The notes beneath the pieces are model-generated. The model searched no databases and was not told where the DNA came from. It saw only the letters and a list, made by a program, of their open reading frames with translations. From Lepidodermella squamata (taxonomy: Eukaryota; Animalia; Gastrotricha), in NCBI GenBank assembly GCA_047495785.1, contig JBLDXI010000001.1:4092001-4156000 (forward strand): DNA of 64,000 bases. The letters run 5' to 3'. This document shows positions 47,501 to 58,696 of this stretch, in pieces. Made by a program: the position numbers and the translations under genes. Each line of letters begins with the position of its first letter. Position 1 is the first letter of the stretch.

Positions 47501-50500
47501 TTCTACGCGCGTTGAAGCACCCGGCCATCGTCGAGTTCTACGGCACCAGCTTCGACGGCGATGTCGTCAACATTTTCATGGAATTCATCGCCGGCGGTTC
47601 AATCGCGTCGATCCTACGCCGATTCGGCCCGCTTGAAGAGCCGGTTTTCCGACGCTATACGAAACAGCTCGTTAAAGCTGTTGAGTACTTGCATTCGAAT
47701 GGCATTGTCCATCGTGATATAAAGGGTGCGAATGTTATGGTTACGCGCGAGGGGTTTATTAAACTCATTGATTTCGGGTGTGCGAGGCAGCTCGTGGAAT
47801 CAGCGGCTTCTGGCTCGTCGATAGCCGCCGATAAGTCGCAGAGTGGGGCGCAGTTGATCAGTGCGAAGGGCACGCCCTATTGGATGGCGCCCGAGGTCAT
47901 TTGCGAGACGGGCCATGGCCGAAAATCGGATATTTGGTGAGTATTAACCCCACTTTTTTTCGTTTTTTTCTAGTTGCGAAACAACAAAACTTTTCGCGTG
48001 AATTGAAAAGCCAATTGCGTTTCAGGAATATAATATAAATCTCAAAAATGTCTTCAAATTATTAAGCATTTTTAATGGATGGCGGTATTTTTTCGTTGGA
48101 AGATAATTAAAATCCCTTGATATACCGAGCACATCTGAAAAATATCGGACTCATGGATCAATATCGTTTAGCAAACTAAATTTAAGGTGTGCGGAACCTA
48201 GTTTTTCGCGGCGGAACCAAATTTGTATGTTGCCGAAACGAACTCAAAATGTGCCAAATGTTGATTTTCAAAGAATTCTAAGAATTTGGGGCAAAGTATG
48301 ATTTCTAAAGTCTTGCACATAATTTTACGCTGAATTTAAAAATAATTTATTTATAATTACGATGGTCTATAGTTGAAATCGTTGAAAGTTCCGAAAATTT
48401 CAGGCCCAATAAATATTACAAAATTTGGTCCCGCTCACCGTATAAATTTGGTTTCGGTAACAGGAGGACCCGTTGGAAAATTTCAAATTGAACTTAGGTA
48501 TCTGCGACTGATTACAGAGAGATAATTTCCTACAACCATTATTCGGAATATAACCGAGGTAGATTCTACTATTTAGGGTGCAAGGTGCAAATTTTTCACT
48601 GATTGTGCGAAAAGGTTCAATTTTTCTACAATTCTAAAATTAATTTTGATTCAAATTTCTTGAATGACACGTCATTCTATTTGCCTCCTCCCCCGCTACC
48701 AAATTATACCCTACTATACCCTATAACGCCGTACGATAAAAAACACAGGGTTTGTTGCAAAAACCCCCCCAACTCTTGAGCTTTTCCCTCATTTCGCAAC
48801 TTGAACGTTATGAGTTTCATGAAGGAGCAAGTGTTAGCCTGAAATAGTATTGAAAAATGCCTAAAAGTGCTTGGAAAATGGGATTTTTTTCTGGAATTTG
48901 TATTTTGAGAGAATGCAGTCGATCATTCTCGTCAAGGTGGATGGCTTGGGCTTTGCCTCTTCTGGGAACCCTATGGCACATTACATGCCCACAAGGAGAA
49001 GCAGTCATGGCGTTCATCGGTACTTCATAGCAGAGGGGACATTTGACACCAATACCGATACCGATTTAGCTTGAGCTTTCAAAGAAATGAATGAATAGTG
49101 AGGTAATCCTGATATCCGATAAACTGCTCGAATGCAGGGGAAATCCTTCTCTGAGTAGACGCGGCTCGTAGGCACTGGTCAATCAAATTACGTGCTGATA
49201 ACGTTTCAATTCTGTGAATTACGAAAATCGACGCTGAAGCTTGAGTACGAATTTTGTTGTGAAAAATGGATTGGTCAGAAATTTCTTCATTGAAGAAAAT
49301 TAATGCTTCTTGATGCTTAGTTTTCAAAGGTTTCACATTGCTAAAGCGAATGGCTCGCAGCACTTGATAGTAGTCCGAACCTTGAGATAGATGAATAACA
49401 GCCAGACTGAGCTCCTTTACTCCGAAACGTTCCATCTGCTCGTTGGTGCTGCCTTTGCCTTACTTCACTAAAGAATGACAAATGGCAAGATTTTGCGGGG
49501 TTTGTTTTGGGGAGTCGACGTCAATAATGACAATGCGGTTAGCAGCAAAGGTTACTAAAGAAGCGATTTGAAGTTTTGATGCCTCGGCGAATTCAAGCGT
49601 AGCCTAGTGCGGCAACGATCAAAACACATACAAATTTGGCAACCATGCAGGCGCAATGAAGTTTCTTCTAAAAGTTCATTGGAAATGCGCCCGTGCCACG
49701 TGTTTGTTAGATAGCCAGTTCTGTCGAAAAGATGTTTGACTGGCACCGAAGTGACAGGAATGCAAAGTAGCCACTTGGCAGCGTTTGCCAACATTTGGTT
49801 ACACGGAAACTGGGTCCTTTGGAGAGGAAGAGAATGAAAAAGTAGTGAATCTTCCATCGGTTATCAAAAGCTTGGTTATCATGAAATGACCTTGGGAAAA
49901 GACAGCAATATCCGTGGACAAAAATGAAGTGGTATATAGTCGGAAATGCATGTCAACAATGTGGCTGTAGGGAACTCTGATGCGATTGCGGGGATGAGTC
50001 CAGTTTCAAAATCGGCTGTTATTTCGGCAGGTCGTAGTTTCAAATGATTGTGATCTCGGCAAAGGTCCAGCATGGTTTTGCATAGTGTTCGAAGTCGTAG
50101 AGCGTAGCAAAGGGACTTCATGATGCCGTCTTGTGAGATATTTTTTCGGTTGGGGCACATACCTTCGATATATGGTCACTTTGACATTTGAGCCTAAATG
50201 GGGTGAATTTGGCATAGGAAAAATGAAAGCTTTACGGCAAAGTTCCCACGAGTAGGGTACCGTTGGATAGCCCAAGAAAGGGTCAGCTTGGATGGGAACA
50301 GGGCGTTATACAAATCCTATTACGGGGCGTAGAATTACAGCTGAAGTTCTGGGAAAAATTCTGGAGACAATCTATTTTCTGTAGAACTTCAGTGACTGCC
50401 AAACCGAAGCCGCCCAATCAAAATGGAAATCGGATTGCCCTTCCTCCAGGCTATCCAAAGGTACCCTACTCATGGGGCCTTTGCTAACCCCCCTCGATTT

Positions 50501-50892
50501 TTTACATGTCGAAGTTGAGGGAGAACATCAAATTAAAACTGGATTCATGTTCAATTTTCACACATTTTAGGAGCCTAGGCTGCACCGTGTTCGAAATGGC
50601 AACAAGACGCCCGCCTTGGGCTGATCTCGAGCCAAGCGCCGCCATGTTCGCGATTGCCAGCGGTCGCAAAGCCATCCCGCAACTGCCGTCGCCGCAATTC
50701 AGCTCGGACGCGTGCGCTTTCGTGGCGTCTTGCCTAACGCGCGATCCGAAAAGTCGCCCATCAGCCGTTGACCTGCTCGGCCACAAATGGTTCTCTTCAT
50801 CGGCTCACCGGCGATCGCCAAAGCAGCGAATCCGTCAGCCGCACAGCGCTACTTCTATCAAAATTGCCAACGAGCCTGATGCCAACGTGTGA
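38524..50892 (+). CDS. MAP3K19: MAP3K19 (YSK4)-like STE11 kinase with N-terminal ankyrin repeats; exons 38524-38620, 38673-39049, 39102-39642, 39699-40193, 40408-40666, 40856-41765, 44461-44797, 47351-47936, 50571-50892
   Basis: All eight junctions are GT-AG and phase-consistent; kinase WRKG|NEIGHGGYGKV..LTSLGGLIAVKQ, FMEFIAGGSI, HRDIKGANVM, DFGCAR, GTPYWMAPEVI, GRKSDIW|SLGCTVFEMAT typical of MAP3K19. Confidence 0.88.
43255..44010 (-). mobile_element. Degenerate Merlin (ISXO2/IS1595-like) transposase in MAP3K19 intron 6
   Basis: CPTC zinc ribbon, SFFSGSNLPISKVLRLAY, VPVERRDRDTLYPIIRDYIEPGTKVMSDLWAA and out-of-frame TVNHRFNFVDPIT; 5' part duplicated (43736-43850 vs 43905-44010). Confidence 0.8.
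46727..46804. repeat. AT-rich tandem repeat, 28-bp unit, about 3 copies
   Basis: AAAATTTAATCGAATTATTTAAAATTT repeated. Confidence 0.75.
46811..47243. mobile_element. Tc1/mariner MITE in MAP3K19 intron 7
   Basis: TA|CAGCGTGTCCCATAAGTAACGCAA...TTGCGCACCTTCTGGTACACGCTG|TA. Confidence 0.8.
49555..49857 (-). mobile_element. hAT transposase C-terminal dimerisation domain remnant
   Basis: LANAAKWLLCIPVTSVPVKHLFDRTG resembles LAxxxLSIPATSVPSERLFSxAG. Confidence 0.65.
49879..50160 (-). mobile_element. MULE (Mutator) transposase remnant
   Basis: LRPAEITADFETGLIPAIASEFPTATLLTC matches the MULE DFExxLxxAxxxxFP..C motif. Confidence 0.7.
50236..50485. mobile_element. MITE with about 55-bp imperfect TIRs
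   Basis: GCAAAGTTCCCACGAGTAGGGTACCGTTGGATAGCC vs GGCTATCCAAAGGTACCCTACTCATGGGGCCTTTGC. Confidence 0.75.
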
Positions 50893-51694
50893 CGGCTCGA
50901 GGCTTTCAAACGAAGAATATGTCTTTGAGTTTTGAAATCAAAAGAGGCTAATTTCAGTTTGTTTCATTATTTTTCTGCCCCGGTGATTGCGACTATTTTC
51001 CACTGCTGGATATTTGAATACCTTTGTTTCATTGATCAAAGCTATAAATAATTTGTTGATTGAAAATCTTGACTGAAACACGCGTCTCCGATATTTTTGA
51101 TCTGAAGTTGCTTATTTTACCTTCTGGTGATAAACGCAAGTATTTTTTGAAAATTTCCTGCATCGAAGTCTTCTAGCGATAAAGTCGTGTAAATAGTGTG
51201 AGGTTCATTTTTTCGGTTATTTCAGTTCGTTTTACATTCCGTGTTGACATTACTCAATTCTTGTGATTTTTTGCATTTTTATTTATTTATTTATCGAGTG
51301 TCTGAAGCCCTGATTTTTTGGATGTTGGCCGTTGGCAGTGAAGTAATAGAATAAAAACGTTATTTTTCATTATCGCCTTTTGGCTATTGATAGTTTCGGC
51401 AAAGCATATGCTGAAGCGGATTCTACTTTGAAATCACAATTTGACAGCAAAGAAAGCTGATAAGGATTTGATTCCAAATCACAGTAACGGCTGCAACAGT
51501 TCTGGCTCTGAAATCTCTACCAACAGAAGGATAACGTTGCGCTCGGCTATGTTGTTGAATCAAGTTACACCTGGTGGTATCGTAGAAAATCGGTACAATG
51601 TGAATGGATTGCGCGTTAGTTGGCTTTAACAGCACAATTACTTCCAGCCCTGCACCAATCAATCAATAACCTGATTTCACCTTATTTTCCTTAA

Positions 51695-52197
51695 CCCATT
51701 AAACCCAGGATGTTTTCGAAAATCTTTCATTTTTCTATCCCTATTGACATGCGCTATTTCGATATAGAGAAAAAATTGGGGAGAAAGAATTCGAAATCCA
51801 CATATTTTTATCACTTACGCTTACGGAGAAATTCCAGTGTCAAGTTGGTCACGTGACCTTACCTGGCGTCACACCTGAGTGGTAATATCGAGAACGGTGC
51901 TAGCTAGGAAGCCGCTCTCAAATAAAAAGTTCCTCAGCGTGATGAGATCTAGTATGCATTCAGTTGGGTCATAGGTGATACTTCGTGCAAAATCGATTTT
52001 GACACTTCGGTGCAGTTTGGTGACAGTTCCAACAACGGGCCCGAGCTCATCACCAAGCCTACTAGACACTGGACATTTATCCGTTCTCACCGAATTCATA
52101 CGATTTCCCAGCGCGGAGATATGCCTTTTAGACACCCTACAGGATTTTTTTTAAATATATAGGGTGGTCGAAAAAGCTGCCATTGGGCTTTAATGGG
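51695..52197. mobile_element. piggyBac-like non-autonomous element
   Basis: TTAA|CCCATTAAACCCA...TGGGCTTTAATGGG|TTTT; right target site degenerate. Confidence 0.5.
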
Positions 52198-52777
52198 TTT
52201 TAGTTGTGAGCATTAACTCGGTGTTGATGAAGAGCGAGATAGGTATCTTATATTACCGTAAATACCGAATCATATAAGGCATTGTCTTCGAAGGGTCTTT
52301 TCAGAGAATTAAATTGCTCGCCAGCCCAAGATCACTGGGAAACAGGGTGTACATTCTTAGGATGGGTCCAGCCCTTTAGCCCTTTAGCACCTCAGTCCTG
52401 CATTTTAAATTTTAATTCAGGGGTAGATTATGATTACGAGGAAGATAAATCTCATTTTCAAGCCAAGTATAGCAAAAAATAATCCATGATGATACTGCCA
52501 AAGTGTAACATGACTCCGTGACACCGCCAGTGTAACTTGATTCAACGACGAGCCGAAGGGTGATGTTCATGTCCTCCCCGGTCAAAAATTTAATTAACTT
52601 GACTCTTTTTAGCATCAGCAACTGTTCTTGTGCTTATCTTGTGGACGCGATTATCGATTCTGTCAAAAACTGTTCTTCAGAACACTTTTTTAAGCTAATT
52701 GAAATTGTTCGGGCAATCCTAATTATTGTAGGGTTAGTTTAAAAGGCTTTGGCTATCTCAGTTCTTCAAAGTTGACA

Positions 52778-55099
52778 ATGTTTCAACAAGTAATTTTTCT
52801 TCTATTACTAACTGGGTGTACTCAAAGTAAGAGGTATCACCTGAAGCAGCTCATTCTTTACCCCAGAACACCCAATCCCCAATCAAATGGATCGGAATGT
52901 CTGTTAAGTTCTCAACTTGCGTTCAACAGAGCCAACCAGCAGTCATCGATTCTACCAGACTACCATTTGGTACCTGAATATCGCGATGAAGGGCCTGGAG
53001 GATTTTTCGTTCCTCGCGCAGTCATCGACTTCTATCGAAATAGTTTCAACGAAACGTTCCTCTCACCCATAGCTGGGCTGGGTTTTATCTCAGGAGGATG
53101 TAAAGCTGTTGGTTCTTTCCTGCAACTTATCAACGTGGTCGGAGTTTCATTGAAATGTACGGCGCCTATTCTGCTAGACAGATTCAAGTACCCGAATTTG
53201 TATCTTACTCAAGCTACGACTGTCATGAACGTATTTTCCTACCTGAACGTTGCCAAGGAATTGGGGAGATGGAACAAGATTGCTATTCTTTTCTTTCTTG
53301 GCAATCCTACTGACTATCTCTCTGCAGAACTCACCTACCAAGCTGCAATTAAGCAGAATATTTCGGTTGCGTGGTACCACGGGGTTTCGGATTTGAATGA
53401 TCCATCTCAGCTGGAGCCTTTGATAACAACTGATGTTCGTGTCGTCATTTTGTGGATTACGAGCGTCCCTGTCGTTCAACAGTTCTTTTGCCATACTTTC
53501 AGAATGGGAATTAGGGGAAGTCGCTACAATTTCATTCATCAAGTTGAAGTAACTACATCGACCTCACCCGAAGTATTATGGCCAGGTTGCAGCCGAGCGA
53601 TGATAGTAGAACAATTGAAGCAGGTCATATTAGGCATAAATTTACCGATACCTCTGACAGCATCCCAGGAAATTATGGATTTCGAGAAGGACTATGATCT
53701 GATGAGTGGAAAGCTACGCGGAACTTACTATAACTTCAGATTCCAATGTTACGATGCTACCATGGCAATCATCAACGCGCTAGATGCAACCGAAAGACAA
53801 CTTCGAAAGATTGGACTATCCTTGAAAGACTATTCAACCCATCCAGAGGTTATTTCCAAAGTAGCCAACTCATCAGTTCTTGACGTTGATTTTCAAGCTC
53901 TGAGAACTGGACGATTCAGGTACAACAAGGTGTCTGGCCAACTGGCAACTGATTATCTTGCTATTGGGAGATCAATGTCTAACGAAATACCTGTTTCTGC
54001 AATGGCGCTTGTGTCTCAAATCGATAACACTACCGGGAACTATAACCAAGATTATCAGCTGGTAAAAACGGGCATAGACTTTGTTTGGAACACCAAGGAC
54101 AACCAACCCCCGAATGACAGAGCCGCGTTGAGAGTCATGAAGGATGACATTTCCATGGATGTGCTCATAGTCATAGCTATTTTGTCCATTATTTTAATAT
54201 TTGGTCAAGTAGCCATTACAGCGGGCTTACTCAAAAAAAGAATGGAACCATCGGTTAAGGCGCCATATCTGAAGATATTAGGCTGTGTTGGATCTCTCAT
54301 CACTCAAATCGCTGCTGTATTGCTCGTCTTTCCTGATTTCTGGATCGATAACTTTGGTTTGGTTGGCAATGCAAGAGTGTGGCTTGTACACATTGGCGTA
54401 TCGGTTGTCAATGTTTGCCTGATCTCCCGCCCGTTTATGTACAAAGCCTCGGCCCTCGGCGGAGTTTCAGTGGCGAAAAATTCATCGGTGAGGAGATCAA
54501 CAATAATTGATCCTTCCATCAAAGTTCAAGGTCAAAAGAAAAAGGTTGTGTCTCTGATAGTAGTTTTCTTGGCTATAAATGCTGCTTTGCTTGCTTTTCT
54601 GATAACGCACGCAAAAATCACTGGCGAGGATCAATGTTCGGAGTTTCAATGGCCTGAACCCGATAAAGGAATAAGAATTTACAGTTTCGATGAAGATGCC
54701 GTATCCTTCTGGCGCTATCGGCAATGCGCAGTTGTATCAACCAAACTTTACATAATATTAATGCTTCATTCGCTCTTCCTGGTCATGGGTCTTTGGAAAA
54801 CATTTTCTATCCGTCAGCTTGGTAAAATAGGCCTTTGCCCCGAGTTCAACTTGATCGCGATCGGACTTGTGAATTCCCTTGCTCTTTTGGCCGCTGGTGC
54901 AGTCATCAGTATCATCGTTTCCCAGAATGAGAATCCGAGCACTGTAAACAAAAATGTAAAAGCTTTCCTGGCCTTCCTTTTGCTTTTATTCACCAGTTCA
55001 AGTTCAGTTTTGTGGGCGCTACCATTCTTCATGAAACGGGACATCCCCATCATGAAAGATCGAAGGATTTCAAAGCAACTCCCTTCACCGCAGGCATGA
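52778..55099 (+). CDS. Intronless GABA-B-like class C GPCR, paralogue 3
   Basis: Same family motifs (DEGPGG, GLGFISGGCK, KCTAP, YLSAELTYQA, FRFQCYDATMA, VNSLALL); signal peptide MFQQVIF. Confidence 0.88.
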   Translation: MFQQVIFLLLLTGCTQSKRYHLKQLILYPRTPNPQSNGSECLLSSQLAFNRANQQSSILPDYHLVPEYRDEGPGGFFVPRAVIDFYRNSFNETFLSPIAGLGFISGGCKAVGSFLQLINVVGVSLKCTAPILLDRFKYPNLYLTQATTVMNVFSYLNVAKELGRWNKIAILFFLGNPTDYLSAELTYQAAIKQNISVAWYHGVSDLNDPSQLEPLITTDVRVVILWITSVPVVQQFFCHTFRMGIRGSRYNFIHQVEVTTSTSPEVLWPGCSRAMIVEQLKQVILGINLPIPLTASQEIMDFEKDYDLMSGKLRGTYYNFRFQCYDATMAIINALDATERQLRKIGLSLKDYSTHPEVISKVANSSVLDVDFQALRTGRFRYNKVSGQLATDYLAIGRSMSNEIPVSAMALVSQIDNTTGNYNQDYQLVKTGIDFVWNTKDNQPPNDRAALRVMKDDISMDVLIVIAILSIILIFGQVAITAGLLKKRMEPSVKAPYLKILGCVGSLITQIAAVLLVFPDFWIDNFGLVGNARVWLVHIGVSVVNVCLISRPFMYKASALGGVSVAKNSSVRRSTIIDPSIKVQGQKKKVVSLIVVFLAINAALLAFLITHAKITGEDQCSEFQWPEPDKGIRIYSFDEDAVSFWRYRQCAVVSTKLYIILMLHSLFLVMGLWKTFSIRQLGKIGLCPEFNLIAIGLVNSLALLAAGAVISIIVSQNENPSTVNKNVKAFLAFLLLLFTSSSSVLWALPFFMKRDIPIMKDRRISKQLPSPQA

Positions 55100-56326
55100 A
55101 ATCTGAAATGAATAGCCGAGCGAAATTGGCCTAATCAGCTGAAGCTTCAACATTACGTTATTACCTTAAGTGTTTGTTGTTACTAGGATGAGATTGCGGT
55201 TAAAAAAATCTTATTCCTGATTGGCAAGTTGACCGTAAACATGACTCTGCTTTTCACATTGTATTAGTTATGAATTGTGATTACAGTCTGTCCCATAAAT
55301 TTTGGTTAGTGTGTTTGCTTGTCATTTCGCCAATTCGTGTAATTTTTCCTCCAGCCAACAACCGGTTAAAAGAAGACTCTGGCCTGATTTTTTCGAGCCA
55401 TAACTCATTGTTGTACGAGGAGCGGGTGGGATGTACCATATCAGCAAACATCGCGAATGACAACAACTTTCAACTTTCAACAACAAGAACAAATTTAACA
55501 AATCATATGTTGTCTCTCACATCGCGAATCGTTGCGAATGGCGGATTCCTTTTAATTCATAGGTACTTCGGAATAACCCGGAGAAAGCTTGCCGGCGACT
55601 CGTGCGATAATATCCTGGGGTTTTCTAAGGTAAATTTGTTATTTTACAAGAAAGCCGCTCAGACCTGACATCGCATATCGCATTGTCGGTCCCGTTAGGA
55701 GATGGTAAAAATGTTCGCGTCACTTCAGAATTATCTTAATTCTCAATGACTTTGCTTGAGATTGAATAAACAAGTAAGAAGCATGGCCAATGTTGTTAGA
55801 CATTTTTACTCAAGTCTGTGAACCATGAACTTTTGGCTCCAGACACTGACGCAACAACTGACATTGAATAAAACTATTTAGGGGAAGGAGTTTGCTAATT
55901 TGAAAAGTTGAATCAGCTAGCTAACCCGCGCTATAGGCTCGTTATGAAATTGCTCTTGTAACAAGACAATTTGTGCTGCATGTGCTCGCTGCTTTCTATC
56001 AAAATTCTTGGCTAGACAGTAGTACCACAAGATATTTCTAATATCACTTTGATTATCCCTGGGATTGCACGGAATGTATGCGTAGTGATTCAGTTTTGGA
56101 CGCATTAATTTTTCGACTTTTCCGCAGTTGATACTTGATACAGATTTGGACGCGTCCGATGCGGATATGCCCAATTACAACAGAAAGGAAAGGATAAAAA
56201 ATCCATCGCCCTCGTGTAAATGCGCAGCACTCCAACTAATTAGAGCATGTGAGATGTAGATACAGTCACCCAAAACATGCAGGATATTCAGTTGAGCTAA
56301 CATCTCGCATTTTCTCTAAATTCAAA

Positions 56327-58696
56327 ATGGTTCCTCAAACAGTTATCACTCTTCTTCTGTTGACGACCGCAGGTTTCCATTGCAAGAAATATCGACTGAG
56401 ACAGCTCGTTTTTTATCCTAAAACATCGAATACTCAGGGCAACGGCGCAGAATGCATGACAGGCTCGCGCATTGCTATCGAAAGGGCGAATCGAAATCAA
56501 TCGGTTCTGCCAGATTACGAGATAATTCCGGATTATAGCGATGAAGGGCCCGGAGGAGTTCTTACCGTCCCCTCAATCGTCGACTTCTACCGAAATGAAT
56601 ATTCCAGCAATGAAACTGTTGTCCTATCACCCATAGTTGGCTTGGGCTTTCTCTCTGGTGGCTGCAAAGCTGTTGGCTCTTTCCTGCATCTCATCAATGT
56701 GGTTGGAGTTTCCCTGAAATGCACGGCGCCTCTCCTCACTGACAGAGTCAGATATCCAAGTCTGTATCTTACTCAAGCCACGACTAACCTCAATGTATTT
56801 TCCTATCTTAAGATCGTGGAAGTTCTGGGGAAATGGAACAAAATTGCGATTCTATTCTTTCTTGGTAATCCCAGTGACTATCTCTCCGCGGAATTCACTT
56901 ACCAAGCTTCAATTAAGCAAAATCTCACGGTTGCTTGGTACCACGGGGTAACTGACCTAAATGATGCCTCACAGCTGGAGCCTTTGATAAAAACAGACGT
57001 CCGCGTGATTATTCTCTGGATATCAAATAGTAATGTTCTTCATCAGTTCTACTGTCATACGTTCAGAATGGGGATCAAAGGAAGCCGCTACAACTTCATC
57101 CATCAGATCGAAGTACAACCGTCGAACCTACCTCAAGAGCTATGGCCTGGCTGCAGTCGAGCTATGATAGCCGAGCAGGTGAAGCAGGTCATTCTAGGCC
57201 TGAATAATCCGCTACCTCCTACTGCATCACAGGAAGTGATGGATTTTGAGAAGGACTACGACCTGATGAGTGGAAAGCTGCGCGGTCCTTACTACAACTT
57301 CCGATTCCAATGTTATGACGCAACTATGGCAATCATCAATGGACTGGATTTGGCCGAAAAGCGTCTACAGAGGATTGGATTATCGTTGAAGGACTACACA
57401 ACCCAACCACAGATCGTAGCTCGGGTGGCAAATTCATCAGTACTTAACGTGGATTTTGAAGGCCTAAGAACGGTTCGATTCAAGTACAACAAAGTCAATG
57501 CCCAGTTAGCTACAGATTACCTCGCTATAGGAAGGTGGATTTCATACGAATCCCCTCTCGTAACAATGGCAATCGGGTCTCAAAATGATGACACCACCGG
57601 ATTGTTTTCCCGAGATTATAAGCTGATAAAAACGGAGATTGAATTCGTCTGGAACACGGAAGATAATCGGCCTCCAAGCGACAGAGCTGCATTAAGACTC
57701 ATTAAGGATGACATTCCCAAGAATCTCCTTATAGTCGTTGTTGTCTTAGCGCTTCTATCGCTGTCCGTTCTGACTCCTGCTGTCGTAAGCTTATCCCTAA
57801 AAAGCATTGGAGGGCCCTCAAAACAGCCCGATCTGCAATCAACAGACAATTGGCTCAAGATAATAGGGTGTCTAGGTTGTCTCATTGTTCATATTGCAGC
57901 AGTTACGCTCATTTTGCCTGATTTCTTGATCTACGACTTTAGCGCAGTTTGGAAGGCAAAAGTGGGACTAACAATAGTCGGTGTTTCCATTGTGAATGCT
58001 AGCTTAATCACACGGCCTGCTATGTTCAAATCTTCAGCCATCGCTCAATTAACAGGAGCGAACTCGGTAGCTAGAAAACTATCGAGGCGAAAATCTACGC
58101 CCCAGCGTTCTGTCGCTAAAGATCGAATGCGATCAGTTCAAAGGAGGAAATTTTTTTCCGTGGTCGCGGTCTTCTTTGCATTGAACTTGATTTTGCTTGC
58201 TTTATTGATAATGCCAGCCGACCATTCATGTTCCGAGTTGGAATGGCCTCAGCCTGATTCGGAAATGAGAATTTACGACCTCAAGGCAGACGTCGTCAAA
58301 AACTGGCGCTACCGAAACTGCTCCTTTTCATCTCTCTACATTTACATAGTCGTTGCCCTTCAGGCTTTAGTCTTGATTATCGGGCTATGGCAGACTTTTT
58401 CGATTCGTCAACTTGGCAAGATGGGTCTTTGTCCTGAGTTCAATTTTATCGCTATCGGGATCGTTAATTCGTTGGCTCTTTTGGCTGCCGGTACAGTCAT
58501 CAGTATCGTGCTGGCTTCTCAGATTGCCAATCCGAGCACGGTTAACAAGAATCAAAAATCTCTTTTGGCGTTTCTTTTGCTCTTATTCTGTAGCTCAACT
58601 TCTATTATTTGGCTGCTGCCGTTCTTGCATGGCCTGATGAAGCGACGAGTTTCGGAAGCAAATCAAATCGTAGGCAAGAAAATTGAGGCTAAGTGA
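56327..58696 (+). CDS. Intronless GABA-B-like class C GPCR, paralogue 4
   Basis: Closest to paralogue 3; signal peptide MVPQTVITLLLL. Confidence 0.88.
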   Translation: MVPQTVITLLLLTTAGFHCKKYRLRQLVFYPKTSNTQGNGAECMTGSRIAIERANRNQSVLPDYEIIPDYSDEGPGGVLTVPSIVDFYRNEYSSNETVVLSPIVGLGFLSGGCKAVGSFLHLINVVGVSLKCTAPLLTDRVRYPSLYLTQATTNLNVFSYLKIVEVLGKWNKIAILFFLGNPSDYLSAEFTYQASIKQNLTVAWYHGVTDLNDASQLEPLIKTDVRVIILWISNSNVLHQFYCHTFRMGIKGSRYNFIHQIEVQPSNLPQELWPGCSRAMIAEQVKQVILGLNNPLPPTASQEVMDFEKDYDLMSGKLRGPYYNFRFQCYDATMAIINGLDLAEKRLQRIGLSLKDYTTQPQIVARVANSSVLNVDFEGLRTVRFKYNKVNAQLATDYLAIGRWISYESPLVTMAIGSQNDDTTGLFSRDYKLIKTEIEFVWNTEDNRPPSDRAALRLIKDDIPKNLLIVVVVLALLSLSVLTPAVVSLSLKSIGGPSKQPDLQSTDNWLKIIGCLGCLIVHIAAVTLILPDFLIYDFSAVWKAKVGLTIVGVSIVNASLITRPAMFKSSAIAQLTGANSVARKLSRRKSTPQRSVAKDRMRSVQRRKFFSVVAVFFALNLILLALLIMPADHSCSELEWPQPDSEMRIYDLKADVVKNWRYRNCSFSSLYIYIVVALQALVLIIGLWQTFSIRQLGKMGLCPEFNFIAIGIVNSLALLAAGTVISIVLASQIANPSTVNKNQKSLLAFLLLLFCSSTSIIWLLPFLHGLMKRRVSEANQIVGKKIEAK

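Noticed and set aside
51423-52621. Short - strand ORFs faintly like discoidin-domain fragments (also 10702-10890)
   Set aside because: No consistent exon chain or diagnostic motif.
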